Positions 38,509 to 52,565 of a stretch of DNA of 60,307 bases are shown piece by piece. A program made the position numbers and the translations under genes. The notes below the pieces were generated by a model. That model was not told where the DNA came from, did no database searches, and saw nothing but the letters and a program-made list of their open reading frames with translations. Each line of letters opens with the position of its first letter. The first letter of the stretch is position 1. Source of the stretch: Ruditapes philippinarum (taxonomy: Eukaryota); contig NW_026851983.1 of assembly GCF_026571515.1 (NCBI RefSeq), forward strand, positions 1 to 60,307, given 5' to 3'.

Positions 38509-39739
38509 ATGGAGATCAGACACGTACACTTAGTTTGTGTAGGATACATTATTTGGTTTTACACACTGCTTACTGCTGCAGCTTTCACAAATGAGGATAC
38601 CTTGAAAATAGTTCTCTCAGAATTAGAAGATTTAAAGATGAAGGTCAACACATGCGAGAAGAGAATGGTCATCAACGACCACAAGCTAATGGCGGTCACC
38701 AATGAACAGAGATTACTAGTAGCTAACATGGAAGAAAGACTTCTCGCTGCAGAGGAAAATCTTAAAACTACCGCAGAATTATATGAGAAAAAGTTAGCCA
38801 AGTCAGACAGTAAACTCCGTGCCGTTGAAAGGAAACTTACAGTGTTTGAGGAGATGTACGGTCGCTTATCAAACAAAGGAGAGCCAATTAAAGACGTTGG
38901 GGAAACTGATTTGAACGTGAATACCACCGATTTTGACGGGGAAAATAGAAAACACAGTGCTGATGAAGAGAAGTTAGCATCCCTAAATGGGTTCCATGTT
39001 TCTGAAACGGTATATGACAGCACTTTAGGGGAATCTCTGTTGACAGATACTGACAATAACCACGGAGATATAAGGGACACTAACAACATCGACAATACAC
39101 GACGCTCATATACTCAAAAATCAGAAAGGGGTAACAAAACTTAATTAGTAGATAAAGATCGTTTTGAAAACTCCTATTTAATCATAAATTAATTCAGTAG
39201 TGTTCAAAGACATCATATAATACAAATATAAACATGTATTTATATATACAGCAATGCCATGATAATGCAATAGTTTTTTTCTCATTTTAGCATCGCATAC
39301 CATATATCATAAGCGACTTGTGAATCCAGCTGTCAACCATCGTGTTGCCTTCACAGCGCACTTATCAGTCGACAAAGCTACCGAACTTGGGAAAGAGCAC
39401 ACAATTCCCTTTAATCAACTCCTGTTAAACGAAGGCCAGGCATATGACGCTATCACAAATACGTTCATATGTCCAGTGAACGGTATATACATCTTTCAAT
39501 CAGCTTTAATGAGTCCTTTACAGGAACGTATCCAAACTGAAATGGTAATAAACGGTGCATGTATTGGTAGAATGTATGCGAACGGTGCAAGTAATGGATA
39601 TGATCAGGGATTTAATTCTGCAACTGTACAATGCAATAAAGGTGATCACGTGTGGGTCAGAGTACACTATCATTATGGCACCAGCATTTATAATCTATTA
39701 TATTCTTCGTTTTCTGGACACATCCTATGGGAAACATAA
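38509..39739 (+). CDS. C1q-domain-containing protein A1 (signal peptide + coiled-coil + gC1q), 356 aa; exons 38509-39130, 39291-39739
   Basis: Hydrophobic leader, heptad region and phase-1 GT-AG intron; gC1q motifs VAFTAHL, IPFNQLLLNEGQAYD, FICPVNGIYIF, KGDHVWV, SSFSGHIL. Confidence 0.93.
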
Positions 39740-40489
39740 ATACTTCCTTTCAATTATTTTAATGCCCTTATCACTTTTTTCAATTAGTAATTTGAAATGT
39801 ATTAAAGACAAATACATGTATGTTTGGAATAACACATGTATATAATAAACATGCAAAGTCGCGAATTCTTTTGTGATTTTATTGACAATTACACCAAACA
39901 AACAAAACTGAGCACTATGAAGCAAACTATCTCTTATATCATAGTTTGGAGATATTTTAAAGCTACATGCCTCCAAATAAGTTAAAATATTTCAATAAAT
40001 GCAAACTTGAGAAGAAATTTACTAAGATTGTAGAAAAGTAAAAAGATTCAAGATTCAAGTAATAATTTCAATTATTTTTTGGATTAATTACTAAATTTTT
40101 TAGGGTTTTAATTTATTTCTTTTGGTTTACAAAAGCAGCAAGGGTTTTTTGTTATAGTTTTTTCCCCTTTTTTTGGGAATTACGTGTGTTCATGGGAATT
40201 GATAAAGGGTTTTTTCAAATTTACACAATTTAAAAAACATTTTTCCCAAAATTTTTTTGAAAAATTTTCAAAGAATTTTGGAGGCCCTGCTGCTTTTTAA
40301 GGGCGTTTTCCCACCCATACACGCACAAGGGGCGTTTAACTGGAGTTTCCCAAATAATTAAAAAAATCGAAATGGGCCTATTTTGAAATAATTTAAGCTT
40401 TCATTTCCCTGCATTTCCCACAAACACAGCCCTTTTCATTTGATTGAAGAAGAATCCAAATTTAAATTTTAAAACATGTTTGGGCAACG

Positions 40490-40760
40490 GAAAAGAAGAA
40501 AAAAAGAAAGCCAAAAAAAAATAAATTGAAAATAGGGTTTTTTCGGTTTTTATAAAGAGGTGGGAGTGGGGTTTTTCAAAATTCCAAAAATTTCTGCCCG
40601 GCTAAAAGCATTTAATTTGGGGAAAATTTCTGAAAATTTGTATTTTAAAAACATTCCGGCGTTGAAGAAAAGAAATTTTAAAGAACACGAAAAGTGTTCC
40701 ATTCTTGAATGTGACGCCCTGGGGTTTCCCGTAAAAGAATGCCCCTGATTTTTAAAAAAA
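40490..40760 (+). other. garbled copy of the structured element inside a low-accuracy segment
   Basis: Positionally homologous to 54505-54787 but distorted by homopolymer runs (tttctgcccggctaaaagc for tactagcaccggcttaggc). Confidence 0.55.
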
Positions 40761-42452
40761 ATTTTAAATTTTTAAAAAACACAATTTTTTAAATTTGTTA
40801 TATTGTGTACTTAAAAAAAGGGAAAATTATTGGGAGGGTTTTTTCTATCCTATCACAAAAAAGAATAAGTAACCCTTAAAAGTAAATGTGTTTTTTAAAA
40901 ACGCTTCCCAGTGCTTTTTTGTCTTTTTAAAATTTCTTCTTTTTTAACAATTATTTCAAAACTTCAATAACACTATGTGTGCTGCTTTTTTCTTTTTAAT
41001 ATTAGAAATTATTATGTTAAAATGATAGAAATTCGGTAATCTATGAGTACTTGTTAAAATGTGGCAATACATGAACTTACAGTATTTATATGTATACTTG
41101 TTTTTTTTCTATCTACAATTTACATTTAAGTAATGACATCAACACATATGCCTGTTCTAAGACTAATAAAAAACAAGGGCTCGTTTTGTCGCAAAATACG
41201 CCCATCATTAAAAAATTTCGACAGAGATGTCGGCATTATAGATATACAAATAGGAGATATGCTCTGGGCAATATCCGGACAATATCTGGAATTGTGATCA
41301 CAAAAGCTCACCTAGTCACTTTGTGAAAGGTGAGCTAAAAACTAAAATATAGGTCACTAGGTCAAGATATCTCAACTGATATATGAGTTCAACTCTATAT
41401 CAGAGACCATGCTTAAGGTCCAAAATTTATAGCTGTATGTCAAATAACTAACAAATTTTTACTTAATGCATGTAAGGAAATCCCATGGAGGCCCCGCCCC
41501 ATCCAAGGGCAAGGCGTATTTTGACCACAAGGCTATAATTTGATCGATCTTTGTAGCTGTCCACTATAGTCTGTCCCACCAGATTTGAATATTTCATTTT
41601 TTATTAAATATAATAGTAAATTCATTTACATTAATGTCATGTTAACCCTGACGTCAATATCTCTAGGCATGTTTTTCACATTTTTCAAAAAGTCAGTAAT
41701 ATTGTCAAAATGTTAGAATTATTTTTTCCCGTTGACTTACGTTGTTACTTGACGTGACGTCCATATCAAAATGGTTGCGCCATTACTGACGTCGTGTAGG
41801 GTTCGTCTCATAATAAGCGTGAAATTTAAATCGGTTATTATAAAAATTTGATTATTCTTATTTACTTACTGATCAATAAACCTTTTACAATACGATTTTT
41901 CAATAGTAATGCGTAGGACAAAAAAGCAATAACGATGACCACAATTTATCATATTTAAAAGCTTTAAAAGACGTTAATCAACAAATGTTTTCTATTTCAA
42001 ATTCTTTGCTAATGTCTTCCAATATAGCATACGTATAGTCGGTTCGACTTATTTACATAACGAAGTTAAAATGCTGTATTAAATAAGTGACTAAACAAAA
42101 CAATTTCCAGATTCGTATTTTTGATAGAAAGATGTGTTGTGAATAGTTTTAGCTGATCACAAAATGCAATCAACTCAAAAGACTGCATCTGTCTTGCGTG
42201 AACGCATTATTTGAGACTACATAGCAGTATTTGATGTACGAATTGATATTTGCAATTGCGTATGTATAAATGCTGGTATTTTGGTATGATTACTCTTAAA
42301 TATGTTGCAATACATGACCTAACAGTGCTCATATGTAAACTTATTTTATCTATTTACATAGGTAATTGGCAATTTATAGACACAAAAATATGTTTAAGTC
42401 ATTAAAAATGCAACACCACAAATACATATGACATTATGACTGATACACACCA

Positions 42453-43257
42453 TTTATCACATACCCGTGCCGCTTTTGCGACTCCGTAAGATGGTATTGC
42501 AAAGTCGTGCATATATTTTGACCTGACGTCATTTAATGACGCGCTAAATGTCAATCGGAACGTCCTCGGCTATTATCTATAACAACCTCGGTGAAAGTAG
42601 TTCTATCACGTGGTTGCAGATATAAACAGAAACAAAGATAACGTAAAACGAATGTATATATATGTATTTGACATCCAAAGGAAAATAAAGTCTGTTCGTA
42701 CAATAATGATTGAATATATGTTGACAACCATTTTTAAGTTAAATATAACCACTGATGTACAATTCTAAACAAATCAGACAATGACATTTAATATTTTCGG
42801 TTTCTACTACCATAATAATAAGTATATGAATAATATATTGTTCGCTTTTATATCTATGAATGTTGACATTTACTTGATTGAAAATAAACTTGTCAACAAC
42901 TCCCAGCATTAAATTACTATTTGTTTACATGTTTAGTTTCTTAGCGTAGGTTAGACCGAAATAACGTATCCGTTCTGGGTATTCATACTTTTGTGTCCGA
43001 AGACTGGCGGAAATGGCCGAAAAGTTGCGATTGGCTAAATGTTAGCGTTATACTGTAAGCGCGTCAATGAAAATTTTTATTTTTACTTCAAACGATTATT
43101 ATTTTTTATGTGATAAATAGAATATAAAATTCGTGTAAATTCATTACTGAATGTATAGAATTCGTTGACTAAAGTAATATTATGCTTGCCCGAGATAATT
43201 TTATTCAACTCGTTCAATAAATTCAGTATCAAACTTACACTCATTCAATATCCTCTA
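42453..43257 (+). mobile_element. H1 element with nested insertion; empty site in the paralog at ~37231
   Basis: Filled ccATTTAtcac...ctctATTTAataaataat versus empty ccATTTAttaaataat. Confidence 0.8.
42552..43033. mobile_element. non-autonomous DNA transposon with 9-bp TSD (Mutator-like)
   Basis: GCTAAATGT duplicated at 42543-42551 and 43034-43042; imperfect TIRs caatcg...cgattg. Confidence 0.75.
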
Positions 43258-43424
43258 TTTAATAAATAATATGATAATTTTATTGAATAATATAGTCTAG
43301 AAGAAAATGCTGAATATATATACATGTATAAAAAATTAGGGGTCATGTTTGATGCAAATATGTACGGCCATGATTCTATAGCAATTTGTGAAAATATTTA
43401 CGGAATGTAAAACAAGTACCGTCT

Positions 43425-43631
43425 ATAATGGTCTCATTGGCCTCCCGTGCTCACAAAATTCGACTTGCATACATATTTAGTATCATTCAGTGAATTACTG
43501 AATTCAAAATTTATATGTCACCTGTTGGTTGATAGTAACATTTAAGGACATAAATGGTGACATGTCCGGGGTCAGTACTCTCAGTGCCTGAAAGAGCGGA
43601 TGGACCCTCATTAACCCTAGGATACATACAT
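43425..43631 (+). mobile_element. short retroposed insertion with 13-bp TSD and (TACA)n tail
   Basis: ACAAGTACCGTCT at 43412-43424 and 43632-43644; the insert ends ggatacatacat. Confidence 0.65.
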
Positions 43632-44366
43632 ACAAGTACCGTCTTTTGACTTTACAAAAATAGTCTTGTACGGAAATAACATACTTCGGGAAATCTTTAG
43701 AACTATTTTTATGTGCTATTACGGGGCTGAATATACGCAACATCTGGCTTTTTTTGCTTTTGTTCACACCAATTTAGATGAAAAAGGTTTGCTCAAATGA
43801 CTTGAACAGTTTTGTCTACCAGCTATTTGAATCATTTCAAAACGAATGGTGTGTGCACTTGCAGCACTCAAAACATTCTGACACCAAAGAGTAGTTCTTA
43901 TCGAAAGACAAAATTACAAAATCGTTCCCGTCTTGATCTTAATTAAATCTGCAATCTGAAACCATTTGATTTGTAAGCGATTTGCCACTCATGCTGAGGT
44001 TGTAGCACATATTTCAATACAAAAGTGTCTCGACATTCTGTCTAAACCAGTAGTGTTAAAGATATCTTTAAGACATAGACAGTGGGGAAATAAGAACATC
44101 AAAATGGTCCAAAACTGGAATTCACTGTAATGGCCGACCGAGGCTTTTAGTCGGTTCAATTAAATTCTCTCATACCGTGTCAAAGACTTGACACGCGTCA
44201 GAAAGAAATATTACAAAATGGTAACAAGTCTGATCGTCAACATGATATAAAATGTAGGTTAAAACCATATTTAGGAGCGAGCTATAAACTTTTCATCATG
44301 GCCTTATCTCACAAGTATTTGCATCATTATAAAAGGCCGACGGATTTTAATGAAAGCGACTTAAAC

Positions 44367-45587
44367 ATGGAGAGCAGACACGTACATGTAGTTTTTGTAG
44401 GATACATTATTTGGTTTCACACATTGCTTACTGCTGCTCGTTCCACAAATGGGGATACATTGAAAATGGTTCTCTCAGAACTTGAGGATTTAAAGACGAA
44501 GGTCAATACATGCGAGGAGAGACTGGTAATCAACGACCACAAGCTAATGGCGGTCACCAATGAACAGAGATTACTAGTAGCTAACATGGAAGAAAGACTT
44601 CTCGCTGCAGAGGAAAATCTTAAAACAACCGCAGAATTATATGAGAAAAAGTTAGCCAAGTCAGACAGTAAACTCCGTGCCGTTGAAAGAAAACTTACAG
44701 TATTTGAGGAGATGTACGGTCGCTTTACTAACAAAGGAGAGCCAATTGAAGACGTTAAAGAAACTGATTTGAACGTGAATACCACCGATTTTGACGGGGA
44801 AAATAGAAAACACAGTGCTGATGAAGAGAAGCTAGCAAACCTGAATGGGTTCCATGTTTCTGCAACAGTATATGACAGCACTTTAGGAGAATCTCTGTTT
44901 ACAGATACTGGCAATAACCACGGAGATATAAGGGAAACTAACAACATCGACAATACACGACGTTCATCTACTCAAAAATCAGAAAGGGGTAATAAGCTTA
45001 ATTTGCAGATAAATATCGTTTTGAAAAGTCTTATTCAATCATAAATCATTTAAAATGTTTTGATAGACAATATAAAATATAAATATGTATTTATATCTAC
45101 AGCAATGCCATGATAATGCAATAGCTTTTTTCTCATTTTAGCATCGGATCCCATGTATCATAAGCGACTTGTGAATCGAGCTGTCAACCATCGTGTTGCC
45201 TTCACAGCGACCTTATCAGCCGGCGCTACCGAACTTGGGAAACAGCACACAATTCCCTTTAATGCAGTTCTGTTAAACGAAGGCCAGGCATATGACGCTA
45301 TCACAGACACGTTCATATGTCCAGTAAACGGGATATATATCTTTCAATCAGCATTAATGAGTGATGGGGAGAAAGTTATCCAAACCGAAATCGTAAAAAA
45401 TGGTGTGCCTATTGGTAGAGTGTATGCGAAGGGTACAAGTTATGGATATGATCAGGGGTTTAATTCTGCAACTGTACAATGCAATAAAGGTGATCACGTG
45501 TGGGTCAGAGTACACCTTCATTATGGCACCAGCATGCATAATGATTTCTTTTCTTCGTTTTCTGGACACATCCTATGGGAAACATAA
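44367..45587 (+). CDS. C1q-domain-containing protein A2, 355 aa; exons 44367-44988, 45142-45587
   Basis: Intact paralog of A1 with the same phase-1 intron and gC1q motifs. Confidence 0.93.
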
Positions 45588-46087
45588 AAACTCTATTTCA
45601 ATTACTTTAATGTCCTTATCACTTTTTTAATTAGTGATTTGAAATGTATAATAGGCAAATACATGTATGTCTGGAATAACACATGTATATAATAAACATG
45701 CAGAGTCGCGAATTCTTTGGTGATTTTATTGACAATGACACAAAATCAACGAAACTGAGGACTATGAAGCAAAATATCTATTATATTATAATTTGGAGAC
45801 CTTTAAAGCTACATGCCTCCAGATAAGTTTAAATATTTCAATGAACGCAAACTTGAGACAAAAATTTAATAAGATTGTAGAAAAGTAAAAAGATTCAAGT
45901 AATAATTTACAAGTTATATGCTATGAATTTTCAGGATTTATAACTATATTTTTCATATTTTGACCCCTTTTTGGTAATTTACGTGTGTTGCTAGTTCCAA
46001 TGATAATGTGAAAAGTCCATGCCATGCCTACAAGCACATTCCTAACATTTGATTGATGAAGAACTCAAATTTAAATTTTGACAATGA

Positions 46088-46383
46088 AATAGAAAGAAAA
46101 GCACAGTCCCTAAGAACGCCAAAATTAAAATATAATTGAAAGTGGCTCGGTTTGATCAAGAGGCGGCAGTGGTTATTGCAAGCTACAGATATACTAGCAC
46201 CGGCTTAAGCATAATATGATGAAAATGGTGAAAAATTGTATTTAAAAACACCCGACGGTTTGTTCATACGGCAGTGATCGATATAACCTTCACTGTGGCA
46301 CGCACGTGCCATTCTATGACATGTGGCGTATGGTAACCAAGTAAAAAAAAGCATGAGTCTTAAATAAAATGAAATTTTGAAAG
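46088..46383 (+). other. structured dispersed element, copy 6 (decayed)
   Basis: ggctcggtttgat ... ggttattgcaagcta ... ctagcaccggcttaagc ... cacgtgccattc ... aaaatgaaattttgaaag. Confidence 0.75.
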
Positions 46384-46529
46384 ACACGATTCTTTATTAG
46401 TTTTATTTGTGTACTTAAAAAGTGAGGTCATCTATGGAGATTATCTATCCTATCACAAAAACGAAAAATTTGAAAAACAGAAACAACAGTCTACACATTA
46501 AAGTAACTGTGTTGTTTGTAAACAAAGTA

Positions 46530-47456
46530 TCCGAGTGCTTAGTACACCCCATCCCAGGGCAAGGCATATTTTTACCGCAAGGCTATAATTTGATCAAACT
46601 TTGTCGCTGTCCACTAGATGTTTTATACCCAAACATTATCAAAATTTAGTAATTTGACCTTAAAGGTCAAGGTCAGTTATGGCTTACATTCAAGGTTAGT
46701 CTGGTCATCTTAAAGGAACATTCCAAAGGATTGTAATGTCCAAGCATGAAGACAATTCATTCATTAACAATAAAGCAATAGCCACTTTGGTCCATTTTTA
46801 GGTATATTTTCTAAGTTTTCAAGGGCATGTTGACGCAAAATACGCCAATCACAAAAGCTTTTGACAGAAATGTTGGCATTATAGATATGCATATAGGAGA
46901 TGTTCTGGGCAATAAAATATCCGGAATAAAACAGTATACTAGTATTTCATCATCTTTTGTGACCTTGATATTGCATATATTGACCGAACTTACATGTGTC
47001 TCAGACGTAGTAATGAAAATGACCATTTGTATAACAAGCCATCAATAAATGATGACAAAATAGTCCTTATGCCAATCTTCATATTTTTACCTGAAATTTG
47101 ACCTCTATGCGTGACCTTGGCCTTGGCTGCAGGGACCTGAATTTTACGCGCGACACTCTGCCTAACAATGGTAAACATTTATGCCAAGTTATATTGAAAT
47201 TCCCTCAATGTGTAAACGTTTTGCTTCGGACAAGCGTTTTTCAATGAGCTCTAAGTGTAACCTTGACATTTAAGCCTAGAGTACAGCTGGCCCATGCAAG
47301 TGACACGGCTTGTCAAGTTGCCATAGTGGTCAATATTTCTATGTAATTTTAATAAAATCCCTCTATGTGTGAAGGAGATATACTCCGGATAAAATTGGAC
47401 TCCGTCCGCCCGCCTGTCCGACCTATAAAACGGCACGTTTTTGAAACAGGTGTATT
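46530..47456. mobile_element. HINE/Helentron-like 'tgaccttga' repeats (related pieces at ~41150-41570 and ~54930-55340)
   Basis: Recurrent tgacct/aaggtcaagg modules, an aacaag start and a (gtcc)n-like tract near 47400. Confidence 0.5.
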
Positions 47457-48100
47457 ACTGAAAAGGTATACCTTTAGTTCTACGAAACATTTTAAATTAA
47501 AACTGAATTAAACCTTTAAATTACACCTGATGCACAGATCTTGATTCTTTAACAGACTAAAATGTCGAAAGAAAAGAAATCGTAATTTGACTTCAAAAGT
47601 ATCGTCCAAAGAAATTAAGACCTAAAATGTTACACTTATGTTTATTTCAATGTGCAAATTGTGCTGTATGAAAATATTCCAAATTATGTATTTAGTTTCA
47701 CTAGTTAATCAATCCGAGTCACTTGGGTCAAACTTTTTTTAACATTAAAACATCTAATTCCACGTTAATCTTATTGGAAATTTCGATTCAAAATGAAATT
47801 GGTGAAGAACGTGTCTCAATCAAAACGTGTTAATGTGACATTATGCCAATCAATCCAAGAGAACATGTATATAGTGAATCACAAGGTGAAAGTCAAAATA
47901 AGTTAACATTTTGCCGTAACTCCTTTCAATTTCATAATTTAGTTCGCAAGAACGACACGTAACTCATGTACACATGGAAATGTCATGCTTAGTAAACTAT
48001 TGTAATTTTTAAAAATTCATGTAAGACAGGAACCTTGAAAAAATATTTGTCTCAGACCAGACAGGAAATAGCTGTTAACACTTTTTACTCGCTACAACTT

Positions 48101-48376
48101 GAGCCGTCCGGTTAGCTCAATAAAGTAGAGCGTTGGACAGGTCGATTCCGGACCGCGCAGGTCACTTTCGTAGTGTTTGATCATGAAATCTTTTCTACGG
48201 TCATTCACACTACCTTTGCCCTAGCATGTACAGAAGTTATCAGTTCCTTGCTAAAGTGAAGGCAACTAGTGCTGGTAAACGGTTTGACACCTTACCCGGG
48301 CACGATGCGGTGACTGAACTATGCTGGGTAAATTTAATGACTCGCTGTCATAACTACCAACACCACCACCACCACT
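48101..48376 (+). mobile_element. tRNA-headed MetaSINE-like SINE
   Basis: A box tagctcaataaagtagagcg, B box ggtcgattcc, ttgatcatgaaatcttttctacggtcattc domain and (CAC)n tail. Confidence 0.75.
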
Positions 48377-48584
48377 TAAACTTGGTATTCTCCAATAAGC
48401 ACCATTCAACGTATTTCTCCTTTCTGATCAAGACCATGTGTCACTAATAAATTGATAATAAGCGTAATTTACAATATGATAAGAAATGTAGGTTAACACC
48501 ATATTAAGAAGCACGGTCAAGTGTCAACGAGTTCTATCTCCGAAAACAAATTGCGATATCATAAAAAGCCACAACGACATAAAC

Positions 48585-50332
48585 ATGACTATCAAAAACG
48601 TACATTTAGTTTTGTTTGGTTATATTATTTTGTTTAACACACATCTAGCTGCTGCTGATGCTGCCACAAATGGTGATACATTGACAAGAGTTCTCTCTGA
48701 ACTTGAAGAATTAAAGGCGAACGTCAGCACATGCGAAGAAAGACTGATGGTAGTGGAGGATCACAAAAATGACAACACGTTGAAAGCGTCCACAAATGAA
48801 CAGAGATTGGCTCATATGGAGGAAATGCTTCTCGCTGCAGAGAGAAAAATTAGAATAACCGAAAATATTTATGAGAGAAAGTTAGCTCAGACAGAGGGTA
48901 AACTTCGTGGAGCAGAAACCAAACTAAACGTCGTTGAAGAGCTACATGACCGCTTAGCACACATAGAGCAGTTGATCGTGAGCTTTAGTTCCAAAGATGG
49001 TGACATTGAATCGGTCAAGGAAGCAGCCAACAGTTTGAGAATACAACTGCCACAGAATCCGATGAGGGAAAATATATCTAATGCAAAGATATTTGGTATC
49101 CACGAAGAAAAACATGGGGATGAAACCGACAATAAAACCAACACTCAAAGAGATGACTTTAACAATATCGCTGAAACACGACGATCATCTAGTCGAAAAA
49201 TAGATAGAGGTAAGAAACCTCTTATATTCAAAACTGTGTTTCTATGATGAAAATACGATGGCACGATGATGAAATGGTGAATCGCAATGGTATAACATGA
49301 CGGCAAAATTCGATGGGAAAATGGTGGACGCACGATGGGATAATGCAGTATTACATCACCATTTTACGATTGTACCATCGTATTATAGCGTTTTCATCCT
49401 GATTTTGAGGAGAAAAATAACGCCAATAAACACGTTAACAAGTAAGATTTATGTTTTGAACCTTGCCAATGCAAAAGTTCATTTAAAAGGCGGTAGAGGC
49501 GCACATAATTCGTGTGTAACATTGCCTTTTTCATAACATCTTGAGGACCAATCGTTTTAATTGAATCCAAATTTAATACATCAAAAATACTTTGCATGTG
49601 TTTAGGACCAATATTGTATTTATTGGCGAATGCAATAAAAATATTGTTTACGCCAAGTTTGTATAACGCAACAAACGTCAGTCAAAATATCTACACATTG
49701 TTTATAATAAATTGATTATCCTACAACCATAATGGTAACAGGATAAGGAATTTAAGTTCCCCTCGTCTATCTTGCTTTTCTGTCAAACCCCTCGTGACAA
49801 TGTAGAAAATCAAATCAAAGATCAGATACTATATCAACAATAGAACATTACATATAAGATTTGAATTTCTTTTTTGTATATTTTTAGGGTCCAACTTTCC
49901 CTACTCGAAGCGACTTTTGGGTGTAGTCGTAAATCACAGGCCTGCTTTTTCAGCCTTTTTATCCGATCACGTATCTGGACTGGGAAAAGAGCAAACAATT
50001 CCATTTGATGACGTTTTGCTAAATGAAGGTAATGCGTATGACCCAGTTCTGCATGCATTCATATGTCCGGTCAATGGGATATACATGTTCCAATCAGCCG
50101 TTATGTGTAATCATAATCAATATATGCAGACTGAAAGGATGGCACAACATTGACAAGAATGTACTCTTCGGGAGCTACCGGTAGTGATGGGTATGATCAG
50201 GGCTTTAACTCTGCCATTGTGAGATGTAATCAAGGGGAAAGAGTATGGGTTATAGTGCATAATACATACGGGACAGCAGCATTCAGCTGGCGGTACTCTT
50301 CTTTTTCAGGCTACATTCTGTGGGAAGTGTAA
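48585..50332 (+). pseudogene. C1qDC gene B1 with frameshift in gC1q; exons 48585-49209, 49888-50332
   Basis: Exon 1 and splice sites are intact. After MQTE (~50135) about 7 nt are missing, splitting gC1q into two ORFs (49917-50153, 50150-50332). Confidence 0.8.
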
Positions 50333-52565
50333 TTTTACTGTAAAGAAATAATGTCATTAAAGTATAACAAAGCTTCTTAAAGGAAATGAGAATTTATTGC
50401 CCTTTGTATAAAAATATACATCAAATTAACATAAGTAAATATTGAAATGAACACTTCAGTGATAAGGTAGATTAATCTAAGAACACAATATGGTAAGGCA
50501 CTTGTAACTTTATTAAAACAAAAAATAAAATAAACTGTTGCCTATTTAAATCAGCAAAAATTTATTCTATTTTTGAAACACAAATCTGAAGTACCACAGG
50601 TTGAGAACACAATGGCTACAAGTTCTAAGTCGTAACATGATTAACATGTGTGTTATGAAAGGGCCCTTAGAGCACAAATGAGAAATGAAAGTACATGTAT
50701 AATTTTTGATGGGTTTTATGTAGCACCAACACAACATAAGTCATATGGCCACTTTTCTGGTGGAGGAAAGCCTCAAGCAAAGGCGGGAACCCGAGTAGAA
50801 CCACAACTGAAAGGAACACATGCAAGGGCTAACATATTTGAAATACATGTAAAATACATAAACATATAGGAACACAAGAAGGTAAAGCATGAAGACTATG
50901 ATTTTGAACACAACAGTTACAACAAGTTCTTCATTACTAAAGAAGAACACAAGTTTCTATAATTTATAATACCTTAGAGTAAAGCTTATATACAAGTGGC
51001 AATCCCCTTAAAGTAAAGAATGTAAAAGTATAAACTTCAAATCTCTCTCCAAATGATATCTAGAAGAAATATATTAAGAACTGTGTGTTTCATCTTTATC
51101 ATTTCAGTTGTATAAGGCAGTAGAAAAACAAATTTTATTATACAGCATAATATTCCCGCATTTTTTTTTACTTTATATGTGTTGCATAATTTTTAAAGAA
51201 TCCAAAGACAATCATATACAGATTAATTCTGTCTATAAACTTATCTAATAGATGACTTTTTTACAAATTATTTAACACTATTTAAATCATTGAGCAGCTT
51301 TTTTACAAGTTATCTAACACTTTGTTAAAGCATTGTGCAAAGTCCAGGGAGGAAAACTGTATCAAACTTACACTGGCAGTGCAAGGCTTTATACATAAAT
51401 CTGGACAAATTAACTATTCTGCATCAAACTATGCTATAATCAATTGGTAGAAGTCTAATAATTATTTACTATAATTTGATTAGGTAATTGGGTCTTAGAA
51501 GAATAATGCGTGAGGTACAGCTGCAAAGCTTTGTAATTAATCTCTTAATGTAGTGAAAATTTAAGTGTCAGGTGTGTTAGAATCATCAATATATCAATCT
51601 TTTTGTTGAATACAAAAATTCAATTAAGTTTAAAAATTAATTGTAAAACAAATTCTATTCTATATTTTGTATCAAAATAATTTCATGCTGCAGTAAATGC
51701 ATTGCAGTAAGAAATTCTAATATATTTTGTTCAGAGATAAAATAAGCTTTAAAACAATTTTTCAGCTGTATATTGTGTGACAATTCATATAAACGGGAAT
51801 TGTAGTCGCTTAACAAGCTTTTAAAACATTCATTAATAATTACTTATGAATACTTTTGAAACAAATATATATTTGCCTATGATTATATTTAATGTTCTGA
51901 GCCAAGACTAAGGGTTTGCCGACCTTTTTAAGGTAAGGATACATGCCAAGAAAATGTCTGTCATTTCAACAAAATTTGAATTACATTCTCTACTACAGAA
52001 TTGTTTTGAATAATAAACAGCAGTAAGTTAAAACTTAAACCTAGTAAGAAATCAATCAAATGGAATGCAAAAGGTTAGGGGTTTTCTTTTTGTTTCACAA
52101 AATATTCCTCACTAACCCGTCTTGATCTTAATTAAATTTGCAATCTGAAAGCTTTGATTTTTAAGCGATTTGTCACTAATGCTTAAGTTGTAGCAGATAT
52201 TTCAATAAAAAGTGTCTAACATTGTATTCCCATGTTTTGTTCTAAACCAGTAGTGTTTAAGATATCTTTAAGAAATAGACAGTGGGGAAATAAGTACATC
52301 AAAATTGCCCAGACAGGAAATCACTGTAATGACCGACCGAGGCTTTTAGTCGGTTCAATTAAGTTCTCTCATACCGTATCAAAGCCTTGACACGCGTCAG
52401 AAAAATAATTTACAAAATGGTAACAAGCCTGATCGTCAACATGATAAAAAATGTAGGTTAAAACCATATTTAGGAGCGCCCTATAAACTTTTCCGCACGT
52501 CCTTATCTCACAACTATTTACATCATTATAAAAAGCCGACGGATTTTAATGGAAACGACTTAAAC

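Noticed and set aside
38559-39095. 178-aa antisense ORFs over C1qDC exon 1 (also 44417-44953)
   Set aside because: Shadow ORFs of the coiled-coil coding strand, repeated only because of duplication.
48101-48152. tRNA gene
   Set aside because: A/B boxes are present but there is no cloverleaf; it continues into a SINE body and tail.
49394-49800. Coding relic on the minus strand of the type-B intron
   Set aside because: All frames are interrupted by stops and have no convincing motif; conservation reflects recent duplication.
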